Below the pieces are notes generated by a model. That model saw only the letters and a program-made list of their open reading frames with translations. It was not told where the DNA came from and searched no databases. Positions 50,236-63,244 of a DNA stretch of 64,000 nucleotides are shown piece after piece. Position numbers and translations under genes: made by a program. Positions within the stretch are counted from its first letter, which is position 1, and each line of letters opens with the position of its first letter. Source of the DNA: Mytilus californianus (Eukaryota); contig NW_026262712.1 of assembly GCF_021869535.1 (NCBI RefSeq), positions 27,218,001 through 27,282,000 on the forward strand, written 5' to 3'.

Positions 50236-51539
50236 GTAAGTAGATGAAACATTAACTCAATTGTATTATACAGTTTACCATGTGGTATGGATTGCAAACT
50301 ATTTTATGAGATTGGGACTACTGAAGTCTTTAACTCATTTTTTTGTGAAAAGTAGTATAACATCAGCCTCATTGTAAGAAAAACTTACTAATAGTTTATT
50401 TGAAATAAGTTTGCAGGTATTCCGAGAGGATTCACATTATATTTCAATTGAAGATCTCTGTAAAATATTTAGGGTAAATGATGCATTTTCACATTCGTAC
50501 TAAATTGACATTTACGCTTCACGAGAATTAACCATATTGTGGTTATAACTGATTCAACGCTCATATAGTCAACTACTGCACAATGTTCTGTTTGGACTCT
50601 CGATATTAATTTCCACCTTTATTTAGTTTCGCAATAATTATTTAAAGAAGAAGATGTGGTATAATTGCCAACAAGACAACTCTGCACAAGAGAACAAAAT
50701 GACACAGAAATTAACAACTATAGGTCACCGTACGTCCTTCAACAATGAGCAAACTCATATCGCATAGTCAGCTATAAAAGGTCCCGAAATGACAAATGTA
50801 AAACAATTCAAACGAAAAAAACTAACGGCCTAATTTATGTACAAAATAATGAAAAACAAATATGATACACAGAAATAAACGACAACCATGCACTGAATTA
50901 CAGGCTCGTGACCTTGTGTGGTTATTCTAAAAGAGTTCATGAATGCTAAATTAAAGTATAAACTCTGCAGACTCATTTACAAATCAAAGGACTTGTTAAA
51001 TTTGTTAGTGGTAGACCGGGAACAAACATCAATTAATTCCATCAAAAAAACTTTCATTACCTACAATTGAAATGCACTAAAGTTATGCACTCTTACAGAA
51101 CCGTTATCTATACTTTTGACGTCATGAAATGAGCTTATTCATGTATAAATGTTTTGTTGCCATTCATGTAAAAAGACCTAACATACACTATTGGAATAGT
51201 ACATTATGGATATACAGTTACTAGGCAACCATTCTCAGATTAGGCTAATGTTTGATTCCTATTGTTTTGAATATCATTTAATTCAATGATTAAAGAAAAA
51301 AATACTTTTAACACTGACATCTCACCCCTCCAAAATTTGCTCTTAGTGGTGTCTGACGAGAGATCTGACATACAGATGACCATAGTTTTATAACCAAGTT
51401 AACTCTGGGAGTCTTATGAAAAACGCGAGAAAACGTAAATATGGCTTTCAATATCTATTACTGCAACAGCACATTTCAGGAAACGGTATATGATTTTGGT
51501 GAATGTTACAGGAAAATGCAAATAAAGCTATTTTTTCAG

Positions 51540-51696
51540 GGTTTCTTTCGTCGCAGCATAGTCAAGATAGAAAAGAAAAATGAGAAATACGTTTGTGCTA
51601 AAGGAGATGAATCATGCAAACTTGGGACTGGAAAACGGACAATGTGTTCCTATTGTAGATATAAAAAATGTCTAGATGTAGGAATGTCACACGGAG
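51540..51696 (+). CDS. NR-B exon 2 (zinc finger 2)
   Basis: 157 nt as in NR-A exon 2; GFFRRSIVKIEKKNEKYVCAKGDESC...CLDVGMSHG. Confidence 0.95.
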
Positions 51697-53327
51697 GTAA
51701 GATAAATGTGCTTATATCGAATGTTTAAGTGAAGCAGGATCTACTTAATCTGCTGGAGCACATTCCGTGGGATTCGTGTTGCTCAGTCTTTAGTTTTCCA
51801 TGCTGTGTTGTGTATGCTGTTGTTTGTCTGTTTGTCGTTTATCGTTTTTTTTTGCCATGGCATTGTCAATGTGTTTTCGACTTCTGAGTTTTTCTATCCC
51901 TTTGGTATCCTTTGCCGCTCTTTTCTGATTTAGTTGAGGGCCTACTGCCTTGGTTGTTGCTATGTGACCTCAGTGATAAATTAGGTATAACAAAATATAT
52001 ATATTTGGGTTTCGTATCCTTTATTATTTCTGGCAGCATTATTCGAGCTTACGAGATGTACGATTGGTTGTACGGGATGTATAATTACATAGACACCTCC
52101 AGTCTAAATTTTGACTTTAAGGATGTAGTTAGGTGAAATTAAAAAAGCTAGAATTTAAAATTGATACTATAAGTCAGAAGAGCATTAGTAAAGGAACAAA
52201 TTAAGCTAAAAATATTGATAGGTTGAGCTCCTTCTTGCGATATTTGATTTTTTTTACATGGCGGGAAGAGGCTTACTCGGACTTTAACCTTATATTTAGC
52301 ATTGGCATTATTTGGGTCTCAAATCGTAAGAAAAAAAAACAAACTAGAATCTGCTAAAATTTTGGTAAAGACCTTTTTATGAACTATTGAAGTCTTCTGT
52401 GAAAAGAATAGTGGGTTATATGGGGCAAAATATTTTACCCTGTATCAAAGGAAAAAACCCAAGAAGTCCAAACATCTGACAAAAATTCATAAACCTATTC
52501 TTAAATCCGATGTCGCATTTTGACGTGGTATACATTTCTTACACGTATCATTTTGTTAACATATATTACCTTATAATTCTGAAAATGAACTGAACATCAT
52601 AAAGTTCCATACCAAATATAAAATCACACCTTAAAACCGAATTTGAGTAATATGTAGAAACCTCTCGGAATTTTGGGTCCGCAATGCTCGACAACCTCGC
52701 ACTTTATTGGGTCTTTTTTTTAAACTTTTTTGATTGCAGCGTCATTGATGAGTCTTTTGTAGATGAAACGTCATTATGCAGCATACCATCAACTCCCCTG
52801 TGTGGGGAAATGACAAAAGAAAACGCAAGGCTTATTTCATGACATCTACCTAACAATCTACACCTAGTAAAAAAAAATACAGATGAAAGATCATTATTTG
52901 ATTGAGACCAACATAGAAGATATTTTTGTTATTGTCTGTTTGATTTATTTACGGACGTGTGTCGAACCACGTGTTATCGACCGTCATAGAAAATACGCCA
53001 ATCATTTCATTCTAAATTCAGTTGATTGCGACTCGTTAGCGCCTGCTGGTAACCTTCATAATAGAATTAGCATCAACCATCCATCTTTTGTGTGTGAATG
53101 AGAAAGAAGGAAAAGGGAGGGGGGCTTTTTATTAAAAAAATAATGTTTTGATTGTGGAAATGTGCGATACAAAGTATAATTTTCATTTTTTTTTTCGTTT
53201 TAAAAATGTAAAGTTTGCAAAGGTTATATTCTGAAAATTAAAAAGCTCTGAAAATTGCTAGAAATCTTAGATGTATGCATATTCTAAAAATTCTTCAAAA
53301 TGTCAGAACGATTGGTCAACTTCAAAA

Positions 53328-53565
53328 GGGGCCTCGATGGCCGAGTGTTCTAAGATGTTCAACTACTGTATCACTAGCCTGACACGTGTGGCAGCCTGCG
53401 CTCGACTCCAATCTTAGGTTACATGGATTGTCAGTTTTCCTGCCGAATATCGGTGGTTCTCTCAGAGTACTCCTGCTTTCTCCACCAAGAAGACTGACCG
53501 CCACGAAATAGCCAATAGTGATGAAAGTGGCGTTAAACACCAATCAGTCGACCAATCAATCAATT
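53328..53565 (+). mobile_element. tRNA-derived SINE, same family, in NR-B intron 2
   Basis: 10-bp TSD aacttcaaaa at 53318-27 and 53566-75; (aatc)n tail. Confidence 0.85.
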
Positions 53566-53771
53566 AACTTCAAAAGACTATATGTCGGTGGATATTTTGA
53601 TTTAATGTACAATCATGTACATGATGTAGGGGTTGCGTTTCTGTTTGTCCCGAGTAAAAAACTCATACCCACAACCAACACAAAAAAGATGAATAGTCTG
53701 ACTTTTGTCTGACGTTTAACCCTGTCTGTAGTCTACATTTTATGCTATTTCTACTATCGTCTTAATTTCAG

Positions 53772-54001
53772 CTATTAAAATTGGAAGGTATACCCACGAA
53801 AAGAGAACCAAAGATATAACAGAGGTCAACAAATTAAAACTAAAAGAAAATCAGACAGTTGATACGACATCAGTTGATGTAACGGAACAGGAAGTTGATG
53901 AATTAGTGGCGCGTTTGATTGTTATCCAGGAAGAATTCTGTGCTGATTTTAGAACATGTTTTCAACCAGGTGGCCTTCTTGAAAGGCAGACGTCTATTTA
54001 T
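53772..54001 (+). CDS. NR-B exon 3 (CTE/hinge)
   Basis: 230 nt, canonical AG/GT; AIKIGRYTHEKRT...LLERQTSIY. Confidence 0.92.
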
Positions 54002-54317
54002 GTAAGTTGAGTTAAATGAGAATTATATATTTATTTAGGGGTTTATACATACTGAAAGGAGATAGGGCCAGTTTTTCCATTTCACTCAGAGGGTTAAAAT
54101 TAAAAATTGTGAAAACCTACTAGCATTTGAATATTATAAGAGTCTATATAGTATACTTTTTTTTGTTTGAATTGTTTTAACTTTTTTATGTCGTGTTTTT
54201 AATAATGTACCATAGTGTATCGATTTTGCTCATTCTTGAAGGCTATACGACGACCTAATATAGTTGCTTACAACAACGTCATTTGGTCTCTGGTGGATAG
54301 TTGTCTCACTGGCAATC

Positions 54318-54545
54318 GGGGCCTCGGTGCCCGAGTGGTCTAAGTAGTCGAACTACTGTATCACTAGCCTGCATACACTGAGGTTGTGAGTTCGAATCTA
54401 GCACGTTCGACTCCAATCAATATTCACTAGGATTGTCAGTTTTCCTACCGGGCACTCCGGCTTCCTCCACCAATAAAAACTGACCGCCAAAAAATATCAC
54501 AATAGTGCTGAAAGTGGAGTTAAACATCAATCAACCAATCAATCA
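54318..54545 (+). mobile_element. tRNA-derived SINE in NR-B intron 3
   Basis: A/B boxes and aatc tail; flanked by tca(c/t)tg(g/a)caatc duplication; orthologous to 6396-6567. Confidence 0.82.
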
Positions 54546-55401
54546 ATCATTGACAATCATATCACATCTTATTTTCAACAAACTGAACAAACTATGAACA
54601 ATTTTACCTATTCGCATGAAATCAAATATTATTCGTCAACTTTGTTTATTGTTAATTTCATTTTTGGAAAGATAATGATATCAGGATTCGGTTTGAAACC
54701 GAAAACATGATCGACAAAGCGTGAATTGCATTTTCCCCGTTTTTAAGCCTTTTACAATTAAAGCCTATGTATGAGGTCGATACGAAGATATATCAACTTG
54801 AATGAAGTAAATCGACTGATATACATAGTAATTTTTTTTTTAATTTTCAATGCTTTTCAACTTCGTCATTTATTTTGGCCGTCCAACTGTTTTGATTCTA
54901 GCGCGTGTGGCATATTAAACTTTGAAAAAAAACAAAGATGTGGCATGATTGCCAATGAGACAACTATTCATAGATCAAAAGACAAAGATGTGAACAGTTA
55001 CAGGTCACCGTACGGCCTTTAACAATGAGCAAAAACCGTACCGTATAGTCATCTATATAAGGCGCCGGTATGAAAAAAGACGTAAACGATTCAAAAGAGA
55101 AAACCGACGTCATGGAATGCTTTATACTACAACAATGAACGAAAAACAAATAGGCAGACAGCAACCTAGAACAACCACTTGATTGCAGGTTCCTGGCTTG
55201 AGACAGGCACACACACACAATGTGTTGTAGTTTAATATTGTTAAAAAGCCAGGTATCTTTGGTGAGGTTTTAGTTATACCAATATTATGAATGAAAGAAA
55301 ATACAACCAAACAATCGTAATAAATTTTCAGTCTCATTTTTAAACGCTTCAATCAGTTTGACAGTCATCAAAATGCACTGTTTGTTTTTATTTATTTCCA
55401 G

Positions 55402-55630
55402 GAAAGATTCAAAGAAAAAATTGAAACATTTGGTAATCTTGTCGCATTACCATGGAGTGTTTACAATGAATTTCTATCTACAACTGGAATGGAACTTGAC
55501 GATAGAAAAAGTCATATGAACATCATAGCAGCACGAATGGAAGAAGCCGTTCGAAACATGGTTAGTTTTGCAAGACATATACCGGGTTTTTCTGATCTTC
55601 AGACGCCAGATCAACTAGCTTTACTGAAAG
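55402..55630 (+). CDS. NR-B exon 4 (LBD H3-H4)
   Basis: 229 nt; ERFKEKIETF...FARHIPGFSDLQTPDQLALLK. Confidence 0.95.
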
Positions 55631-56570
55631 GTAACAAATGAACACATATATTTGCCCTGAAACAAAAAATACCATTCATCAAATGATCATCCAAAAATTG
55701 AAAAATACCAGAAATAGGTCAGTTCATAAAGGGATTATATTTTCAAAACAATTGATATTTTGATAGATGGTTACTAAGAATGCTTCTGTATGTTTTTGTT
55801 TTGTTGTTTTATTCCTATCGTTTTTGTCTCGTCACAGTGTGCGAGACATAGGAATTACTACCCAGAGGCGACGCGGAGTAAATATGTCTTGAAAAAAAAC
55901 CACTTAACTCTATACTATCGGTATAATATATAACTAAAAATCATAAATTGTATAAGTACCATGTAATTTGTATGAACCACTAAGGTGTAAAACAGTTACA
56001 AATGTTTTTTAATGGGGTTCCAAAAGGGATATACTGCATTTTTGGCGCCAAATATCAAGAAATAATTAATGAAGATTACTAAATGTTTGTTTTCCAACTA
56101 AATTGTTGCACGATGAAAAAATAATAACATATAAAAGACTAAATTTAAAGTTTCTTCTTTAAAACTCTAAAAGTTAAAATCAAAACTTGATCGAAATGAC
56201 TTCTAGGTCGTGTTTGTTATACTTCCTACTGCGCTATATTTCGTGAGCGATTTGACGGAGTTTGTATTCACATGATGGCCAGGAGACGCATAATTAACCT
56301 GTCAAAGAACACGCGATTATGCTTAGGCTTTTTATATTGGTTGGTTTATTACAAATGGATTAATAAGATAAAAAACATGATCAAACATGTTGCTGCTATT
56401 ATAGAAGAAATTGAAATAAAAAAAAAGACTATTTCTACTTGGTTATAATTATCTCCTATTTCATCTAAATTTAAATTACATGTTTGAAAAACAAATTTGC
56501 AAACGACATATAATCGTTGTAGAACTGATTGAAGAAATGTCCAGTAAATCTTTCGTATATTCCATTTCAG

Positions 56571-56804
56571 CTGGTTACATGGAATATTGCCTTCTTGGAG
56601 CGCATACTAGAATCAACCCAATTCTCAAAGTATTTTCAGCTGCTCGTGAAGTACCAATACTCGGAACACATTTTTCTGAAATTACACATTTATTGGAACC
56701 AAAAGTCATAGACCAGGTGTTAGATTTTGCAACCAGTATTCAGAAGTGTCGGTTAACAGTCGAAGAAGTAACACTTGCACGAGCGATTGTCATTACATTT
56801 AGTG
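56571..56804 (+). CDS. NR-B exon 5 (LBD H5-H8)
   Basis: 234 nt, one codon longer than NR-A; canonical splice sites. Confidence 0.93.
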
Positions 56805-57343
56805 GTATGAATATTACAAGATTTAATTATATATTATACCAATAGGATAAGAACACTTCGGTGTTAAATGTCCTATCTGTATCTAATACAATTTGTTATA
56901 TGACTGTGGTTATTTTTGGCAATGTTTCACGTTGTTTTTGTAACGAGTGAACCCAGTTAAGGATATTCCGGAAACTACGTGGTGTGTGCGCACATTGCTT
57001 CTGTTTTACAGTTTTACAGTTTATACAGCTGATAAATGGGAATTTACTGGCATGACTTAAATATTACATTTTAAAAGGGGATAGTCATTTTGTGAAATCT
57101 GTAGTTGATATTTTTTAATTATATTAAGATTATACGTAAGGAAACATTTCTTCGTCTATGCTAAGAAAATGTTTCAGGCCTAACACAATTCAAACGGTTT
57201 ATTTTTTAAGGAATGTGTCTGTATAAGGTGCAGTTAAGCTTCGCTCCTATTTATCAGTTCCTCGGTTAGCCATTAAAGGGACCGTTCAAACAGGGTGTAA
57301 TATAAAACAAAGTCAAAATCGGTTTATGGAAACTGCCAATTGT

Positions 57344-57808
57344 AGGTGTCAGACCACCAATTCACCCACTTCAATTTAGAACGTATGTAAAAATAGCCCT
57401 CCCCTGAAAAAAATAGTGCCTTTGATGTCATTGTTCACTTAAACTAACAAACACATTTGCAGAAACGAAACTTTGGTGAAAGAGAAATATATGTAGACCA
57501 TTTTGAGCCAAAATTTACTTGTCCATGAGTTTGCATTAACAATTGAGGATTAATGCGCTCCATAGTACACTTATTAAAGATTTCCAGAAAACCAGGGGTT
57601 ATTTTAAAAGCAATTGACTTCCGAACGGCAGTATTTACAAGATTTTAAACATTGGTTGAAAATTGGCTTTTAGAAAGGTAATACATGTACAATTCGGGAT
57701 ATACCTGGTTTCTATGAAGTTAAACTTAAAGTAAAATATTTAGAAAGGTGTGAAAATTGCTAAATTTGTTTGAATAGATAGGGATTTTAAATTGGTGGTC
57801 TGACACCT
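57344..57808. mobile_element. MITE with perfect 19-bp TIR aggtgtcagaccaccaatt in NR-B intron 5
   Basis: TIRs 57344-62 and 57790-808; absent from NR-A intron 5. Confidence 0.8.
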
Positions 57809-58447
57809 GTACTAAAACTATTGTTACGTACGACTTTCACAGGCAAAGTTGGCAATTCAATTATACAATATTGGTATTTGGAATGCTCCAAAAGTTTATA
57901 GCTTATCATATTGTTCGTTATATTGTAAAAAACAACGTTGAGCACGGTGAAATCGGATCTAAGTTTTTTATATTGCAGTACTAATCATCTCTATCTGAAC
58001 TATAAAAACATCTTTACATAATCTTACCTTTTTATATTTTATAGAGGCAAATTCTTGAAGGAACCCGCCAACAAAGCAAGATAAAGTTAATGCATTGATA
58101 TTTCTTTATTTATAATTTTGTGAATAAAAAAAAATGTCACTCCTTTTTCAAAATCAACGAACTGCTACAAACGTACAGAGATAATTGAGCACAAATGATA
58201 ACATTATTTTCATAAAATGGTCTTCGTGTTGAGAATCTTGTTAAAATCAATAAAGAAACGCCTTTTCAATAGAATAAACACAAAAATGAGGAAAGTTTTA
58301 ATCCTATTTGTCCTCAATCAAGTTAATAAAGTTAGAACATATCTTTTCAAATTCTATAAGTTTGAAAAATGTTCACAACGACCCGCCATTTTTTTTTTTC
58401 ATTTTTTTTATGAATAAATAACTGTTTTTATATTTTTGTGTTGACAG

Positions 58448-58713
58448 ATCGATGTGTCTTACAAGAACCAGAAAAAGTTGACAAAATCCAGATGAATTTA
58501 GTCAATTGTTTACGCTGCATTGCTAAAAAGAATCATAAAAATCCTGATGAAAGAATATGGCAGATATTTGACAAATTTATGATACTCCGAAGTTTATCCG
58601 AGCATGGGCCTGAGATTTATGCAAGAAGGTCAAAATGGGATGCTGTGAAAGACCGTCCTCTTCTACTAGAAATGATAAACCCTGAAAACCAACCAGCATC
58701 AAATGGGATATAA
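58448..58713 (+). CDS. NR-B terminal exon 6; the spliced CDS (one exon-1 copy) is 1533 nt, about 510 aa, NR1-like
   Basis: Exon lengths sum to an open frame; AF-2 PLLLEMI; ends ASNGI*. Confidence 0.95.
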
Positions 58714-59164
58714 TTTTTGTGGAAGATTTTTATAGAGAAAAACATTGATGCAATATTGAAGGGGTATTCGCTTATTCTACGTACTGTTCTCTGATTTCAA
58801 TTGTATTTTTGCAAATTTCAAACGGCTATTCACAAATTTATGAAACAAGCATAATTTATTATATACAAAACATTTTATTGATGTATGCATAATGTTCTAA
58901 AACATGACACGCGTAGTTTCAAACTGAAGCTATGTTTTCTGATATTTGTAGTTATTTTATTTTGAAATAGAAAGGGAAGAGAGAAAGAAATGAGATGCAT
59001 TTTTGAATTTTTTTGAAGAAATATTGGAAAAGAAAAGTCAATCTTTAGATTTCAAAGAGTTAGGAATTTTTTCTAATGGCGGACCTTGTTTCCAATTCTT
59101 TTATGTTTTTGATAAAGTGAGACAACTCATACTTAAGACAGATCGTTTTTCTTTAGATGCTTTT

Positions 59165-59505
59165 GTGCTTTTTTGTAAATAATTGTTTGTTTTGATATTG
59201 TAACACAGTGATGACTGCTGTACCCATATTTCGACTATTTTATTTATAATGTCTGTTTTGTTCACGCATCGTTGTAAATATAACGGAATTTGATGAGACT
59301 GTCGTACAAGTGAGAGGTTTAGCGCTATAAAACCAGGTTCAATCCACCATTTTCTACATTTGAAAATGCCTGTACCAAGTCAGGAATATGACAGTTGTTG
59401 TCCATTCGTTTGATGTGTTTTGTCATTTGATTTTGCCATGTGAGAAGGGACTTTCCGATTGAATTTTCCTCGGAGTTCAGTATTTTTGTGATTTTACTTT
59501 TTTTC
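59165..59505 (+). repeat. Abundant interspersed element (aaaaccaggttcaatccacc core) inserted in a T-run; inverted relative at about 26070-26540
   Basis: Absent from the paralogous NR-A 3' flank at 11590-11605. Confidence 0.7.
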
Positions 59506-60392
59506 TGTCAATGCAAACCTTATTAAAGTATTGCATTTTTATATATCTTAACTAATAAGAAGTTGCCTTTCGTAACCACCAATTTTCAATACCATGACCA
59601 TTTGTTTTCATCATAAATGTTCCTAAAAGTCACAATTATTTACCAGGTCTCACACAATACACGAGACTTGCACTACTTGTTTTGTATTACCATGGGCAAC
59701 AATTTTGTTTTACTTAGTAGTCGGTATCTTGCAGACTAAAATTAAACAAAATCAGTGACGAATCCGGGGGTGGGGTGAAGAGGGCGTACGCCTTTTAAGT
59801 CGGCAAAACAAATCTCATCTTTCTCACGATTTATATGAGTTTTTTTTATCATAAAATCGTCCATTCTTTTTATAGATTTCGTTTTCTGGAATAACACAGC
59901 CTTTCAAAAATCATGGATCCGCTCCTGAAAATGACCTTTAGATGATAAGGAAATTGTTTGCTATTGCATCAATATTAAGATGTCGAAACAGTTCATCAAA
60001 TTAAATTACGGTCTCATTTATAAGATTAATTGAAAACAGCATATTGCAGATCTTGAGAGCATTTGTAACAATCACTACGCTTTTTACAAAATAAATTTTA
60101 TTTGAAATAAGATTGTTATTCATTTACCATTTCTGTCTGTATATTATTAAGTCATTATCGTACCTGTTACCCAAAGAATAATCAGTATACATGAAATACT
60201 TAAATCCAGAACGTTTGCCAAAGGAAGACCTAAGATACACATATATGTTATACTTTGAACCAGAACCTTTTCCCTGGATCTTTGACATAGTTGAATATCT
60301 TTTAATTCGCCGTTTCAGAATCTAGTGAATTTTAGGTAATATTTTCACAAGCGTATACCAAAACGTGTTGATTCTATTACAACGTTCTTTAA

Positions 60393-60769
60393 GATGTTCG
60401 CTACTCTGTTTCAAAATAACAAGCTTTTTAAAAGACTGTAATAAATTAAAAGTATATACATAAAGGAACTTAAAAAGCAGATAAAAACTAAGGGTCCATG
60501 TGCTTGTTTTCGAGAAATAAGCCATTGAAAATATGGCGGGAAATGATTCTATCTAGATTTTTCATACATTGAACATTAGCACCTTTTTTTTTTCAAAAAC
60601 AATGAAAAAATAACAAAGATTTTGAAATATTGCTTTTTGAACTATATTTAACAATATTATGAAAAGAAAAGTAAGGGTTCGTGATCAAAATTTTTTAATG
60701 GCACTACATGTATAAAACCAGAGGATTCCGAATATCTGGCAACAATTCAAAAATAAGAGAAGCGAACAT
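60393..60769. mobile_element. Kolobok-like MITE
   Basis: TTAA|GATGTTCGCT...AGCGAACATCC|TTAA; empty site at about 12360-12372 in the paralogous block. Confidence 0.75.
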
Positions 60770-61075
60770 CCTTAACAATGGAAGTTCAACCAATGACGCA
60801 TCGTAGTTTTCATTTTGGGGTACAGACAATGAAACTATACACAATCCTTTAGATACTGAAACGGCGAATTGAATCATAGACATATACAAAATGTATACGT
60901 TATGCTTGATTTCAGAACCTTTTTCGTTGATCTGGAACCTTAGGAAAATATGTAGGGCATTATCAATAATTCCAATTTGTCAAACCTTATCAAAATGTAA
61001 GACAACAAACTAAAAACAATTAACATATCTTATTGTCAAAACTAGAAAAATAAAAATGGAAGTTCTTTTAACATA

Positions 61076-61340
61076 GGGGCCTCGGTGGCCGAGTGGTGTA
61101 AGTAGTTACTACTGTAATCACTAGCCAGTCAACACTGAGGTTGTGAGTTCGAACCCCGCTCGTGCGGGTGCACTCGACTCCAATCTTAATTGACTAGGAT
61201 TGTCAGTTTTCCTATCGAAGGTCGGAGGTTTTCTCCGGGCACTCCGGCTTCCTCCACCAATAAAAACTGGCCGCCACGAAATAGCCCAAAAGTGGTGCTT
61301 AAAAGTGGCGTTAAAACACAAAAAAATCAAAAAATCAAAT
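61076..61340 (+). mobile_element. tRNA-derived SINE, intact-looking
   Basis: A box ggtggccgagtgg, B box gttcgaacc, ctccgggcactccggcttcctcc core, aatc-type tail; 11-bp TSD cttttaacata. Confidence 0.88.
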
Positions 61341-61564
61341 CTTTTAACATAAAAAAGTGTCTCCTCCAAAACAAAATAATCATTACATCAGACAAGTTAT
61401 AAATCTTGACACAGATATGTTTGAATTTAAAAATACAAAATGGCGTTACAAAGAACAAGATGTTGGTGATGTAAAAGGTGTATTTTGTCGAAGGCACTGA
61501 CTTGAGGATGTGTTAAAAACGTTGAACGCTACAACAGATAGCAATGATTCACTAATTCACTAAT

Positions 61565-63244
61565 TATACGACCGCAAAAAAATTTTGTGGTCGTATATTG
61601 GTATGACGTTGGCGTCGTCGTCGTGGTCGTCGTGGTCGTCGTCGTCATCCGGCGTCGTCGTCGTCGTCCGAAGACACATTGGTTTTCGCACTCTAACTTT
61701 AGTTAAAGTAAATGGATCTCTTTGAAATTTTACCATAAGGTTCAATACCACAAAAGAAAGGTTGGGCTTGACTTTGGGGGTTATGGTACTAACAGTTAAG
61801 GAATTAGGGGCCAAAAGGGGCCAAAAATAAGCATTTTTGTAACTTTCAGACATAACTTATGTGTTACAGTATGGATCTCTCTGACATTGTACCACAAGGA
61901 TCCATATTACAAAGGGAATGCTGGGATTGATTTTGGGGTAATTGTCTCAAAATTATAGGAATTAGGGGCCAAAAAAGGGGAAAAACAAGCATTTTTCTAT
62001 CCATGACAATAACGTGTGTGTAAGTGTATGGATCTTTCTGAAATTGTACTACAAGGTTCCATATCACAAAGGAAAAGCTGAAATTGAGTTTAGGGGTAAT
62101 TGCACAAAAAGTTTAGGAATAAGGGGCCAAAAATGAGCATTTTTCTAGTTTCAAGACAATAACTTGTGTTCAAGTGTATGGATCTCTCTGAAATTGTACT
62201 GCAAGGTACCATACCACAAAGGGAAGGCTGGGATTGAGGTTGGGGGTGATAAATCATACGAGGGTTTTAAAAAATTAGGGGGGGGGATTTTTTTCCCTTT
62301 TTTTCCTTTTTTTTTCTTTAAAATTTTCCATTTAAATTGGTTATTTCTGATTTATATATAAAAGCAAATAATAATGATATGGTTTGTATAGGTAAATTAA
62401 AAAAAAATAAGTTCTTAGACCACATTCATTTTGTGTCAGAAACCTATGCTGTGTCAAATATTTAAGCACAATCCAAATTCAGTGCTGTATCGAGCTTCCG
62501 TTTTTATTCTGTAGTTAGTCCCACTTTGGTTTTATCAAGTATATCTATGATATAGTCATTTTATAAAATTTACTGTTTTGCAAAATTATAAGTTATTATG
62601 GTTATAAGGATGTTCTTGTCCCAGGCAGAAAATCCTGGCCGTGTTAGGCGCAACTTTTTGGAAGTTTTGGTCCTCGGTGCTTTTCAGCCTTGTACTTGTT
62701 TTGGCTTTCAAACTTTTTTCATCTGAGCTTCACTGGTTGGTCTTGTGTGGACGAGACGCACGTCTGGCGTATTGAATTTTAAGCCTAAGCTATTATTCGT
62801 GTGTTTCTTTGTCCTATATGTTCTCCCATTTATTTGTATTGTGGTCCTGTCATGTGATGTTGTCGTTTTGGTGTTGTGTTTGACGTTGCCATAAAAGCAG
62901 GAGGTTTGGCATGCCACAAAACCAGGTTCAACCCACCATTTTTTTTTTCTTAAAATGTCTTGTACAAAGTCAGGAAAATGGCCATTGTTATATTATAGTT
63001 CGTTTCTGTGTGTGTTACATTTTAATGTTGTGTTTTTGTTGTGTCGTTGTTCTCCTCTTATATTTGATGCGTTTCCCTCAGTTTTGGTTTGTAACCCGGA
63101 TTTGTTTTTATCTCTATCGATTTATGAGTTTTCGAACAGCGGTATACTACTGTTGCCTTTATTGAATGTTGTGTCCATACTTGCCCCAACTGTTCAGGGT
63201 TCGACCTCTGCGGTCGTATAAAGCTGCGCCCAGAGGAGCATTTT
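61565..63244 (+). mobile_element. Helentron/HINE-like element (tatacgaccgca subTIRs, (gtc)n, about 150-158-bp tandem repeats) with nested repeats at about 62530-63170
   Basis: 5' tatacgaccgc and 3' gcggtcgtata plus terminal stem-loop; absent from paralogous C1q promoters. Confidence 0.7.

Larger units (their letters stand above)
47066..50557 (+). repeat. Tandem duplication: copy 1 47066-49074, copy 2 49075-50557 (copy 2 lacks about 47229-47760)
   Basis: Identical ORF-track peptides offset by 1478-1479 nt; TTCAA microhomology at the junction. Confidence 0.93.

Noticed and set aside
52121-52630. Possible second Kolobok-like MITE (TTAA|GG...CC|TTAA)
   Set aside because: Terminal inverted match is too short to define the right end
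61076-61160. Possible tRNA gene
   Set aside because: A/B boxes continue into a SINE body and tail with TSDs; no complete cloverleaf
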